From an uncultured Bacillota bacterium (GTDB lineage Bacteria; Bacillota_I; Bacilli_A; RFN20; CAG-826): a DNA stretch of 64,000 bases. Below the pieces are notes generated by a model. It saw only the letters and a list, made by a program, of their open reading frames with translations, was not told the DNA's origin and did not search any database. The stretch covers positions 67,404-131,403 of the forward strand of contig CASEFL010000003.1 of the NCBI GenBank assembly GCA_949287245.1, in the 5' to 3' direction. Below are positions 1-8,765 of this stretch, piece by piece; the first letter of the stretch is position 1; each line of letters begins with the position of its first letter. The translations under genes were made by a program, and so were the position numbers.

Positions 1-46
1 TGCGGATAAATCCATGGTTTTGCGCCAAAAGAAACTTTCATAAACA

Positions 47-1105
47 TTAACGAAGCGTAACAACTGCTTCAATACCCTCCTTAATTAACGTAAGTGTGCT
101 ATTTTGAATCTGATTAAATCCTGATGATGAACTTCCTTCTCCTACCCAATCATCAATCTCTAAATCAATTCCGGTATATTCTCCTTCCACAAGAACACCG
201 CAGCTGATGAAGTAAGTGTGATTTTTTACATAATCAAAGGTGTATTTTTTATTTTCTAAATCCGATAAATAAATTGTTCTAGTTTCTTGTTCTTTAAAAC
301 CATAGACATACTCATTATCTCGTAAATTAATAAAAAGTTGGCTGTCCTCATATGAAGAACGATTTTCAAAAGATAAAGTAACAGAGAAGGTTTCTAACTC
401 TAATGTTCCATATTCAACAACAGTAAATTTTCTCATAAGCGTGCCAAGAGAACTATTATTTGGATCAAGATGTACATAGATATAGGTTTCTCCTGGTTGA
501 ATTTGCTTTAAATCAACAACAAGACGACCACCAATAATTGCGGAAGAATTGCTTGCTTTTATGGGTTTAAAACTAATCGCCTCTTGAGGAATTACCTCAG
601 AATTAGACGTTTGAATATCTTCCTTAATACTACTAATCCAGTTTCCCGAACTAATTCCAGGAAAAGACAAGGGTATATCTTGAGTCACTTCCCGAGACAC
701 TTCTTGGTCAATTTTACTTGCCGTCGATAAAACACCTGTAACAGAATCTCCCCAAGCTAAATGATCGTTAAGATCATCATATTCCCCTGCTTCTGCCATA
801 AAAACGCTAATTTCCACATCTTCTTCTGGCATTATGAAGGAATAACCAAGAGAACCTTCCGTAAGAGTTTCTCCATTCATCTTAACTTCATCAACAACAT
901 AAAAGATTGATGTACTTTCAACATTAAAAAGAATATTGGAACCTGCTTGCCCTTCTTCAGCAAGATTTGTGACTTCATAATATTCTCCTTCTTGATAAGA
1001 AATAGAATAAATACTTGGATCCTCTTCTCCAGTAGTATCACAACCTGCCATAACGCCCATACCAAAAAGCGCGACTAAGGCAAATAAATACCATTTCCTT
1101 TTCAT
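47..1105 (-). CDS. hypothetical surface lipoprotein (352 aa)
   Basis: N-terminal signal peptide with lipobox (MKRKWYLFALVALFGMGVMAG|C). Strong RBS AGGAGGAAG 7 nt upstream of ATG at 1105. No recognisable catalytic motif. Confidence 0.6.
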   Translation of the reverse strand: MKRKWYLFALVALFGMGVMAGCDTTGEEDPSIYSISYQEGEYYEVTNLAEEGQAGSNILFNVESTSIFYVVDEVKMNGETLTEGSLGYSFIMPEEDVEISVFMAEAGEYDDLNDHLAWGDSVTGVLSTASKIDQEVSREVTQDIPLSFPGISSGNWISSIKEDIQTSNSEVIPQEAISFKPIKASNSSAIIGGRLVVDLKQIQPGETYIYVHLDPNNSSLGTLMRKFTVVEYGTLELETFSVTLSFENRSSYEDSQLFINLRDNEYVYGFKEQETRTIYLSDLENKKYTFDYVKNHTYFISCGVLVEGEYTGIDLEIDDWVGEGSSSSGFNQIQNSTLTLIKEGIEAVVTLR

Positions 1106-1664
1106 TTTGAGTCTTCCTCCTTACTTCTAAATTAATTATACGAGACAAAAGAATTAGACGAAAAATTTAAAATAATAATTTTCTAAAATTGAAAATATCT
1201 GATGTTTTTTAAAGAAGATGTTAACAATGCTTGTAACATCAAATAACAACTGAAAAATCTTTGTTTTCCTTCTTTCGCCATTAAGGGAGTTTATTCTCAT
1301 ATAACGCTTATTTTCAACAGGCGAAATCTAGATAACCAGAAAACAACAAAAAACAGTTTGTATTTTAGTTTGCAAACTTCTAATAATCTCAATGATTTAA
1401 GGATTTTAATATATATATGCAAGATGTCGTCAAGGTTTTAAATATTTCGGCTGAAACAAAAATTTTCGATAAACACGAACTCTAAATAACTGAGCCTTGC
1501 CATCAATAAGGGTCTCTTTATATTTTTAATTTATATTAAAAGGAAGTTTGCTCTAAAGTGTTATTGCAGTAAGCATCAAGTTTTTATGAATAGTTTTATC
1601 CTAGGTTTGGTTCCTTTTAATTTCTAGGTGCGAGATCACAAAGATAATCAGTAACATATGATAT

Positions 1665-1694
1665 AAAAAACCTCTAACGCTTAAGCATTAGAGG
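1665..1694 (-). terminator. intrinsic terminator downstream of tRNA-Ala
   Basis: On the minus strand, CCUCUAAUGCUU/AAGCGUUAGAGG forms a near-perfect hairpin with one U-G wobble, followed by UUUUUUAU. Confidence 0.6.
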
Positions 1695-1711
1695 CACATT
1701 TTCATTGAAAT

Positions 1712-1787
1712 TGGTGGAGATGACGAGATTCGAACTCGCGACCTCATCGTTGCGAACGATGCGCTCTACCAACTAAGCTACACCCCC
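1712..1787 (-). tRNA. tRNA-Ala (anticodon CGC)
   Basis: A 76-nt cloverleaf folded by hand from the reverse complement (GGGGGTGTAGCTTAGTTGGTAGAGCGCATCGTTCGCAACGATGAGGTCGCGAGTTCGAATCTCGTCATCTCCACCA). It has the G3:U70 Ala identity pair, anticodon loop UUCGCAA, T-loop TTCGAAT and an encoded CCA. Confidence 0.85.
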
Positions 1788-1799
1788 ACGGCATGGCGC

Positions 1800-1828
1800 A
1801 TTATAGGTGCGATGTTTTTTTATAGCAA
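1800..1828 (-). promoter_or_regulatory. candidate sigma-A promoter for tRNA-Ala
   Basis: On the minus strand: TTGCTA, 17 nt spacer, TATAAT. The -10 box ends 14 nt upstream of the tRNA 5' end. Confidence 0.4.
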
Positions 1829-1841
1829 GAAGGAAAAGTTT

Positions 1842-3116
1842 TTATTCTTCTAACAAATAATTTTCTTCCGTAGGGGTTTCTTCATAAGTAAGTTCTCCTT
1901 TTTGAAGAGAAGAAAATTTCCCTGTAATTTTGTTAACCGTTACGGTAAATTCTCCAGCATCCTTTTCTAATTTTTTAATACGACCACTTAAAGCGGACCA
2001 CCGTGCCTCAAAACGATTAAATTCTTTTCCTAGTGAAAGAAGGTTTTTCCTTATTTCTTCCGAGGCCTTATTCCGAGCAATTTCTTGTTCGTTAGAATGA
2101 ACTATAACAATTAAAGCAAGAAGGATGGTCGGTGAGGCAAAAAGTACTCCTTTTTCTGCATATTCATGAATGACTTCACTAAATTCATTTTGAATTGTGG
2201 CATAGATTCCTTCGGAAGGAATGAATAAAACAGCATATTCGCAAGTGCCAGGTTGACCCACATATTTGGTAACTTGTTTGGCTTTTTCTTTCACGGCATT
2301 TTTAAAGATTAATCGTTCTTCTTTTGCTTCTTCTCCTTTGTTCTCTTTTTCTAATAAATCTTCATAGGCTTCATAAGGAAATTTACTATCAATGCAAAGA
2401 CGAACTTCCTCTTCCCCTCCTTGAAAAAGAATTGCGGCATCAGGAATTAATGTGCCATCTGTGCCTTTTAAGGGGGTTTGTAATTCGAATAATCCTTTTG
2501 CCTTACCATTAGGAAAAACTTTTTCTAATAACATTTCTAATTGCATTTCTCCATAACGACCACGGGTTTGATTACCTTTTAAAACCGTATTTAAAGAAAT
2601 TACATCCTTTTGCAAAGCATCCAAATGCTTCTGCGCTTCATCAATTTTTGCTAGTCGTTCTTGAATCTTTGACATGCTATCAAGGTTATCTTTAAAACCA
2701 TCTGTCAAAGAACTATTTACTTTTTCAGTAATCAAACGCAGTTTTTCTTCCATTTCTTTGCGCATGTTCTCACTGCTTTCGCGTAGTGATTTTTCTAAGG
2801 CCAAACGAGACTCAGCAAACTCTTTTTGTTCTTTGCTTTGTGATTCACTAACCGCTAAACGGAAACTTTGAAACTCCTCGGATAAAGACTTTTCCTGTGT
2901 ATGTAAAGCGTCTTTAATTGGCAAAAATTCATCTTTAATTTTACCCTCAATGATAAGCGGTAATTGTTCTTTAAGTGAGGTAATGCTATGTTCAACTTCT
3001 AAATTTTCTCCTTCTTTGCTGCTGTCTTTTTTATCTTTAAAGCGGTAAAAAAGTAATACACAAAGCAAAATGCAGGCAATTGCGAGCAAAATAAGAATTA
3101 TTGTTGTCTCTGTCAT
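1842..3116 (-). CDS. rmuC: DNA recombination protein RmuC (N-terminal TM helix, long coiled-coil, RmuC C-terminal domain)
   Basis: Architecture is TM helix, then a coiled-coil rich in E/K/L, then a conserved RmuC-type C-terminal region. The SD-supported start (GGAGG, then 8 nt, then ATG giving MTETTIILI) is 14 codons inside the ORF-track start. Confidence 0.7.
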   Translation of the reverse strand: MTETTIILILLAIACILLCVLLFYRFKDKKDSSKEGENLEVEHSITSLKEQLPLIIEGKIKDEFLPIKDALHTQEKSLSEEFQSFRLAVSESQSKEQKEFAESRLALEKSLRESSENMRKEMEEKLRLITEKVNSSLTDGFKDNLDSMSKIQERLAKIDEAQKHLDALQKDVISLNTVLKGNQTRGRYGEMQLEMLLEKVFPNGKAKGLFELQTPLKGTDGTLIPDAAILFQGGEEEVRLCIDSKFPYEAYEDLLEKENKGEEAKEERLIFKNAVKEKAKQVTKYVGQPGTCEYAVLFIPSEGIYATIQNEFSEVIHEYAEKGVLFASPTILLALIVIVHSNEQEIARNKASEEIRKNLLSLGKEFNRFEARWSALSGRIKKLEKDAGEFTVTVNKITGKFSSLQKGELTYEETPTEENYLLEE

Positions 3117-3214
3117 AGGAAAACCTCCATATACATTACTTTTTCTTTCCATAAACATCTTTCTTAACTGTCAAGACTCCAAAGAAAAAGAATGTCTTTC
3201 TAGTATATAGTCAT

Positions 3215-4456
3215 ATGGAAAGAAGAGTGGCCGTTATTGATTTAAAAAGTTTCTATTCTTCCGTAGAGTGTGTTTGCCGACATTTAGATATGTTCAAGAC
3301 GCCACTTGTATGTTGCGATCCATATCGTAGCGAGTCTTCGGTTGTCATGTCCGTTACTCCCTACTTAAAAGAAGTCTATGGTGTTCCTAATGTTTGTAGA
3401 AAAAGGGATTTGCCGAAAATTAAAGGGATGATTTTTGCGCGTCCAAGAATGTCTTATTATTTAAAAATGGCTGCAGAAGTCATACGAATTTTTAGAAAAT
3501 ACGTCGCAGAGGAAGATATCCATGTTTATTCTGTTGATGAATCTTTTTTGAACTTAACCCCTTATTTGACGTTATATCAATGTAGTGCAGAGGAACTAGT
3601 AGAAAAAATTAAAAAAGACATTTATCAAACGTTAGGATTAATTGCAACCGCAGGAATTGGTGATTCTTTGTTTTTAGCCAAATGCGCTTTAGATCAACAA
3701 GGCAAGAAAAAAGCCCCTTACACGGCTACATGGACTGAAAAAGATAGCCGCGAAAAACTTTGGCAAATTAAAAAATTAACGGCAATTTGGGGCATTGCTA
3801 ACGGGACAGAACGGCATTTAAAACGCATAGGTGTTCGGACACCAAAAGAACTTGGTTTGGCCGATAAAAATCTTCTTGAGGAGGAGTTTGGTGTTATAGG
3901 CCATCAACTTCACTATCTTTTAAACGGACATGATGAAAGCGATATTCGCTCTCCTTATATTCCAAAAGAAAAAAGTTTGCATGTCGGCCAAACATTAATT
4001 CGCGACTATAAAAAAGAAGAGGCAATTTTGCTTATTAAAGAGATGAGCGATGATTTACGAAAAAGGTTACGACAAGAAGACTGCCTTTGCCGGAAAATTT
4101 TTCTTGGCATTCAATTCACCCATCCTTATGGTTTTTTTGGTAAAGAAGTAACTTTGCCCGTAGCAACAAATGGACGTAATCTATTAGAAAAAGGCTTCCT
4201 TTCCCTTTATTCCCTTGTTCCCAATTATCCGATTCGACAAATTTATCTTGCGATGAATTCATTAGAAAAAACAAAAGTAATACAAGGGTCTCTTTGGGCA
4301 AATGAACAAGAAGAAGAAAAAAGTCTTTCTTTAGACTATACCCTTGACTCGATACAAAATCTTTTTGGTCTTAATAGCGTTCTCCGCTGTTCAAGTTTAA
4401 AAAAAGAAAGTACAGCAAAACTACGCCATGAGCAGATTGGAGGGCATCGTCGATGA
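3215..4456 (+). CDS. Y-family (DinB/UmuC/ImpB-type) translesion DNA polymerase
   Basis: N-terminal VIDLKSFYSSVE matches the family DxDxFxxxVE motif and SVDESFLNLT matches the catalytic SIDEAF motif. Length of 413 aa is typical for Bacillus YqjW/UvrX-type polymerases. Confidence 0.8.
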   Translation: MERRVAVIDLKSFYSSVECVCRHLDMFKTPLVCCDPYRSESSVVMSVTPYLKEVYGVPNVCRKRDLPKIKGMIFARPRMSYYLKMAAEVIRIFRKYVAEEDIHVYSVDESFLNLTPYLTLYQCSAEELVEKIKKDIYQTLGLIATAGIGDSLFLAKCALDQQGKKKAPYTATWTEKDSREKLWQIKKLTAIWGIANGTERHLKRIGVRTPKELGLADKNLLEEEFGVIGHQLHYLLNGHDESDIRSPYIPKEKSLHVGQTLIRDYKKEEAILLIKEMSDDLRKRLRQEDCLCRKIFLGIQFTHPYGFFGKEVTLPVATNGRNLLEKGFLSLYSLVPNYPIRQIYLAMNSLEKTKVIQGSLWANEQEEEKSLSLDYTLDSIQNLFGLNSVLRCSSLKKESTAKLRHEQIGGHRR

Positions 4457-4758
4457 AAGACCGCGGAATGATGAAATGGACCCCTTATCGCTCCTTAGTA
4501 GACCAAAAGGAAATCAATCAAGCTCTAAGCGAAGAATTAGCAGCAGAAGAAAAACCACATATTTCGCAAGATAAAGCGCAGGAAATAAATGAAATACTAC
4601 AAAACTATCATAATCAAAAAATAAATATCTACTTTTTCCGTCATAAACATCGACAAAAAATATCAGGAAATCTGCGCAAAATTGATGTTAATAATCATTT
4701 TTTGCTAATTGAAGAAGATAAAATATTCTTTAACGAAATTTATAATATTGAGGAATAA
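4453..4758 (+). CDS. YolD-like accessory protein (putative UmuD analogue)
   Basis: 101 aa, with an ATGA overlap to the upstream polymerase gene. The N-terminal DRGMMKWTPY resembles the RGxIKW motif of YolD-like proteins, which sit next to Y-family polymerase genes in Bacilli. Confidence 0.55.
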   Translation: MKDRGMMKWTPYRSLVDQKEINQALSEELAAEEKPHISQDKAQEINEILQNYHNQKINIYFFRHKHRQKISGNLRKIDVNNHFLLIEEDKIFFNEIYNIEE

Positions 4759-4771
4759 AATCTCTAAAAAA

Positions 4772-5998
4772 TTAGATAGCGAAGTTTCCGTCCTTAAAAA
4801 GAACAATCTCTTTTCCATGTTCATCAACACCGACAATGCTTAAATCTGGTGTACCAATCATAAAGTCAACATGGCTTAAAGACTTATTAATACCAAAAGA
4901 ATGAAGTTCTTCTTGTGAATAATTTTCAAAATGAGGATAAAGATTGGTAAATCCTCTTCCTAACGCCAAATGGCAACAAGCATTTTCATCAAATAAAGTG
5001 TTATAGAAAAGAATGCCTGTGTTATTAATTGGAGAATCCCATGGTACTAAAGCACATTCGCCAAGATATGCAGAACCCTCATCTAAAGTAAGAATAGATT
5101 GCAAAGCATCGTTTCCCACTTCTGCATGTGCTTCAACAGCTTTTCCTTCATGGAACCTAATCCAAAAACGATCAATGAGTTGTCCGTTATAGTTTAAAGG
5201 CTTACTTGCATAAACAATACCTTCCGCTTCCCCTTTCATCGGTGAAGTAAAACATTCTTCACTAGGAATGTTTGGTTGAAAGAAAGCACCAGATAAGGTC
5301 TTTTCCCCACCAGCAAGCCATAAAACAGAAGGAATAAGCCCAACTTTTAAATCCGTGCCATTGCTGGCTTTATAATGCAAGGAACGCAAATGGTAAGAAT
5401 TTAATTTTGCACATTTTTCTTTTAAATCTTTTTCATGTGCTTCCCAATTTTCAATTCCATATCCAGTATCCGCACGAGAACTTTTTAAAATTGCTTTCCA
5501 AAGTTCATTAACAGCCTGGGTCTTCGTTAAATGAGGAAAAACTTTTTTTGCCCAAGGAATTGTTGGCGCACCAGCAATTGTCCATTGATAGCGATTTTCT
5601 CTTGCTTCAATATAATGCGCATTTTGTGCATGACGACGCGCTTTCACTTCTGCAATTTTACTCGCATCTAATCCTCTTAAACCATCAGGATCATCACCAT
5701 CAAGCCAAATCGTCACTGGAAGTTCATCTGTTAAAAAGGCTTGATATGCAGATTCATGAGGCAAAACATTTGCAAGATATCTTGTCTTTCCTAAACGATA
5801 TTCCGCTCGAGCAATACGACTGCTTTCCCAATTAACAAATACTCTTTTTGCCCCAAGTTTATAGCATTCACGTGTAACTAGTTCAGCAAAGTGTTCAAGC
5901 TCAACGTTGGCCCGAATAACAACATATTGTCCTTTTTGGACATTAGCACCGACTTTAGCAATTAATTCAGCATAATTTTTGAGAAGGGAAATTTTCAT
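4772..5998 (-). CDS. M29-family aminopeptidase (AmpS/PepS/aminopeptidase T-like)
   Basis: N-terminus LLKNYAELIAKVGANVQKGQYVVIRA...GAKRVFVNW matches the M29 consensus. Start trimmed to the ATG (MKISLL) preceded by GGAGAGG. Confidence 0.8.
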   Translation of the reverse strand: MKISLLKNYAELIAKVGANVQKGQYVVIRANVELEHFAELVTRECYKLGAKRVFVNWESSRIARAEYRLGKTRYLANVLPHESAYQAFLTDELPVTIWLDGDDPDGLRGLDASKIAEVKARRHAQNAHYIEARENRYQWTIAGAPTIPWAKKVFPHLTKTQAVNELWKAILKSSRADTGYGIENWEAHEKDLKEKCAKLNSYHLRSLHYKASNGTDLKVGLIPSVLWLAGGEKTLSGAFFQPNIPSEECFTSPMKGEAEGIVYASKPLNYNGQLIDRFWIRFHEGKAVEAHAEVGNDALQSILTLDEGSAYLGECALVPWDSPINNTGILFYNTLFDENACCHLALGRGFTNLYPHFENYSQEELHSFGINKSLSHVDFMIGTPDLSIVGVDEHGKEIVLFKDGNFAI

Positions 5999-6145
5999 TT
6001 TTAGCACCTCTCCATTCGCGGGGAAATGTTAACAAAATGATTTTTGGTTTCAAGTTTTTTCTTTTCAGAATAACAATTTTGTTATTTTTTCATCGATATA
6101 GCCTATTTGTAGTGATTTAAAGTAGAATAGATAAGGAGGATTTTT

Positions 6146-6805
6146 ATGGGTAAATTATCAACAAAACTTGAAGCAACTAGCTTCTCTCGTGGCTCCAAAA
6201 AATGGGCAATTTTAACTCTTATTGAAGCTGCGTTATGCTTGGCTGTTGGCTGTGTCATCATTGCTTTATATAGCAAAACTTTCCAAGTCATGTTTCCTGC
6301 ACTTGGAAGCCTTCTTATTGTTATGGGCTGTTTGAGAATCTTCTTAAGTTTTTTGCCTATTCTTACCGCTAGGAATAAAGATTCTGAAGGTAGAAATCGC
6401 GTACGAGACAACATTCGTTATGGAATGCTTATTGCTGCATGTATTTATCTAGCTTTAGGCATTGGCTTAGTTGTCTTACATTGCACAGGCAACACCGCAG
6501 GTATCCAACAATTTTTACAGACAGCCATCACTTTAATTGCAACCGCCTTTGTTACTTTAGGAGCCGTTGCTATCTTGTTTGGAGTTGCTCTTTTTTACGG
6601 AAAAGTAGAAAAACTAGGAATCAAAATCGCCATTTTCATTGTCGGTCTTGCTGCGTTAGCGGGCGGAATTGTTCTCTTTATCTATCAAAATCAAACAAGT
6701 TTTATCTTACAAGCTTTGACCATCATTATTGGTGTTCTTGTTATTGCATTAGCGATTCTATTTATTTATGACGCGATCAATAGCTTAGCGAAGAAAAAGA
6801 AGTAA
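6146..6805 (+). CDS. polytopic membrane protein of unknown function
   Basis: About six hydrophobic helices; RBS AAGGAGG; lysine-rich C-terminus. Confidence 0.55.
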   Translation: MGKLSTKLEATSFSRGSKKWAILTLIEAALCLAVGCVIIALYSKTFQVMFPALGSLLIVMGCLRIFLSFLPILTARNKDSEGRNRVRDNIRYGMLIAACIYLALGIGLVVLHCTGNTAGIQQFLQTAITLIATAFVTLGAVAILFGVALFYGKVEKLGIKIAIFIVGLAALAGGIVLFIYQNQTSFILQALTIIIGVLVIALAILFIYDAINSLAKKKK

Positions 6806-6815
6806 GAAATAAATT

Positions 6816-6842
6816 AAAAACGCCGCAAAACGGCGTTTTTTT
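6816..6842. terminator. bidirectional intrinsic terminator
   Basis: AAAAA-CGCCG-caaaa-CGGCG-TTTTTTT lies between convergent genes. Confidence 0.7.
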
Positions 6843-6855
6843 GTGTCATTTTTTG

Positions 6856-7464
6856 TTATTTTGCTAATCTATCCGCACCGGTAAGTTGAAGAAAATGCGG
6901 AAGTTTCTCACACCAATCACAAAATATGTGCCACTCTTTTAATTTATGGTGCCGGCGCTGTATATACATTGTTTTTAATTGCTGATAATTTGTAACCATT
7001 GTAGCCGCAAGCATAAATCCACAAGGAAGAGAAGCCACTAAAGTTCGCCACTTCTCTTTTGCTTCTTTGCTATTTGCTTCATCAACAGGAATTTTTTGAT
7101 ATTCATGAACGAGTTCTTCTATCCTCGATAGAATAAAAGGATCGGTTTCTTCAACGCATTGTTTTCGTACGTCAAACTTTAATAAACAATGCATTGTGGA
7201 TTGAGAAGAAATAAAATCAAACCAATGATAGCGCTGTGCTTCTTTCCACCAATATAGAGGAGCTTTAATATCCACTTGAACAGTAATTCCTTTTAAAAAA
7301 TTATCGTGTCCTAAACCATTTGCCGCTTGTCCTAGCCTTGCTGCCCGTAAATAATCTTTTTCAGTTGAATCCGTTACATCTAAAACGGTTCGCATAGGGT
7401 TTCCTGAGGCTTTGACAGCGCGATCAAGCCCATAAACGCGTTCATTTCCTATTTCGTATCCCAT
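6856..7464 (-). CDS. ThyX-fold (flavin-dependent thymidylate synthase-like) protein with non-canonical active-site motif
   Basis: The block GHDNFLKGITVQVDIKAPLYWW parallels the ThyX core [20 protein letters not shown]. The canonical RHRxxS...SxRY motif is replaced by QRYHWFDFISSQSTMH. Start trimmed to the second ATG, which has GAGGAG 6 nt upstream. The gene overlaps folD by 16 nt. Alignment was done from memory, so uncertain. Confidence 0.45.
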   Translation of the reverse strand: MGYEIGNERVYGLDRAVKASGNPMRTVLDVTDSTEKDYLRAARLGQAANGLGHDNFLKGITVQVDIKAPLYWWKEAQRYHWFDFISSQSTMHCLLKFDVRKQCVEETDPFILSRIEELVHEYQKIPVDEANSKEAKEKWRTLVASLPCGFMLAATMVTNYQQLKTMYIQRRHHKLKEWHIFCDWCEKLPHFLQLTGADRLAK

Positions 7465-8261
7465 ATTTTTCTCCTCTTTGCTGCTTCCCATAAATTTTCC
7501 ATTAAAGCTAAGCGTGTTAATAATCCAACTCCTTTAGGGACGGGAGTTTGAAGATAAACATCTCGATTAGGAAGAATATCACCATGTAATTTTTGATCTT
7601 CCCCACGATTAATACCAACATCGATTAAAACCGATGATTTTTTAAAGTTAAAACGGTCGTCTAAAAAATGGATTTTACCAATGGCTGCGACAACAACATC
7701 GGCATGAGCAATATAAAATTTCTCATCTTCTAACGAAGTGCGGCTATGCAAAACCGTAACATTCATATTTTCTTGAAGAAGAAGTTTTGCCATTGGTTTA
7801 CCAACAATTTCACTTCTTCCTAAAACAACAGCGTTTTTACCCTCTAGAGGAATTTTTTCTTCTTTTAAGTACATTAAAATCCCTTTCGGTGTGCAAGGAA
7901 TATATGGGGACTCTAGTGAAAAACCGTCAACATCTTTTTCTAAGGGTATGACCTTTTTAACGGAGGATGGCGAAATCGTTTTCGGCAAGGGAAGTTGAAC
8001 AATAATGCCATCAATTTGTGGTTCTAAAGCTACTTCTTTTATCTTTCTTAAAAGTTCCTCTTCTAAGACATCCTCAGGAAAAGAAAAAAGCGTTGTCTTA
8101 AAACCAAGTTCATCTGCATCTTTTCGTTTTCCTCGGATATAAGTATCGCTAGCGCTATCATGACCAACTTGAAAAATAGCAAGGTGCGGACAACGATTGG
8201 AGGAAAAAGCAAGTTGTTTTAGCTCACTTTTCCTTAGACGCACAAAATCTATAATTTCCAT
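7449..8261 (-). CDS. folD: bifunctional methylene-THF dehydrogenase/methenyl-THF cyclohydrolase FolD
   Basis: Start MEIIDF..., Rossmann-type GxSxxxGxP segment (VLGRSEIVGKPMA) and length of about 270 aa. A TATAAT lies 8 nt upstream of the ATG with no SD, so the mRNA may be leaderless. Confidence 0.85.
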   Translation of the reverse strand: MEIIDFVRLRKSELKQLAFSSNRCPHLAIFQVGHDSASDTYIRGKRKDADELGFKTTLFSFPEDVLEEELLRKIKEVALEPQIDGIIVQLPLPKTISPSSVKKVIPLEKDVDGFSLESPYIPCTPKGILMYLKEEKIPLEGKNAVVLGRSEIVGKPMAKLLLQENMNVTVLHSRTSLEDEKFYIAHADVVVAAIGKIHFLDDRFNFKKSSVLIDVGINRGEDQKLHGDILPNRDVYLQTPVPKGVGLLTRLALMENLWEAAKRRKIWDTK

Positions 8262-8282
8262 GCGCAAAATTATATCGCTTAG

Positions 8283-8308
8283 AAAAGAAAAAACCGAGCC
8301 ACGCTCGG
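8283..8308 (-). terminator. intrinsic terminator after secG
   Basis: On the minus strand, CCGAGCGUGGCUCGG hairpin followed by UUUUUUCUUUUC. Confidence 0.6.
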
Positions 8309-8322
8309 TTGAAATTTAAAAC

Positions 8323-8634
8323 TTATAAAATAAAGGGCAAAAATAATGCAGCAACAGATGCAGACTCAGTGGCAGACTCAGTATCGCCACCACTCCCCGT
8401 CGTACTATTAACAACCATAATCAATAAAGCCAAGAATAGCCAAACGATAGCAAAGCCAAAAGTCATCCAAGAAATAATTTTCTCGCTTCCTCTTTCCTTA
8501 CGTTGGGCAAAAACGTTCAATCCGCCACCAGTAATCGCACCGGAAGCGCCTTCACTCTTACCTCCTTGCAAAAGAGCAAGAATAATGACAATAAGAGAGA
8601 CAATAATGAAGATGTAATCGTACCACTGTAGCAT
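8323..8634 (-). CDS. secG: preprotein translocase subunit SecG
   Basis: Two TM helices and the LLQGGKSEGASGAITGG motif typical of SecG. Confidence 0.8.
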   Translation of the reverse strand: MLQWYDYIFIIVSLIVIILALLQGGKSEGASGAITGGGLNVFAQRKERGSEKIISWMTFGFAIVWLFLALLIMVVNSTTGSGGDTESATESASVAALFLPFIL

Positions 8635-8765
8635 AAATAAATCTGCGCATTTTTGCGCGTCACTTAATATAGAGATATAAGCTTCCTTTGTCTATGAAAA
8701 CTTCCAATTCTTTTTATAAAAAAGAAAAATCAGAAATTGCTCGTAAAGAACGGAAATCAATACTT

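Noticed and set aside
1106-1711. Possible tmRNA, RNase P RNA or 6S RNA in the long non-coding tract.
   Set aside because: No tRNA-like 3' end (GGTTCGANTCC...ACCA), no tag-peptide ORF ending in AA-stop, and no RNase P P4 consensus visible; kept only as a low-interest finding.
3159-3214. LexA (Cheo) box upstream of the Y-family polymerase.
   Set aside because: Only AGAA-N5-TTCT is present, which does not match CGAACRNRYGTTYG.
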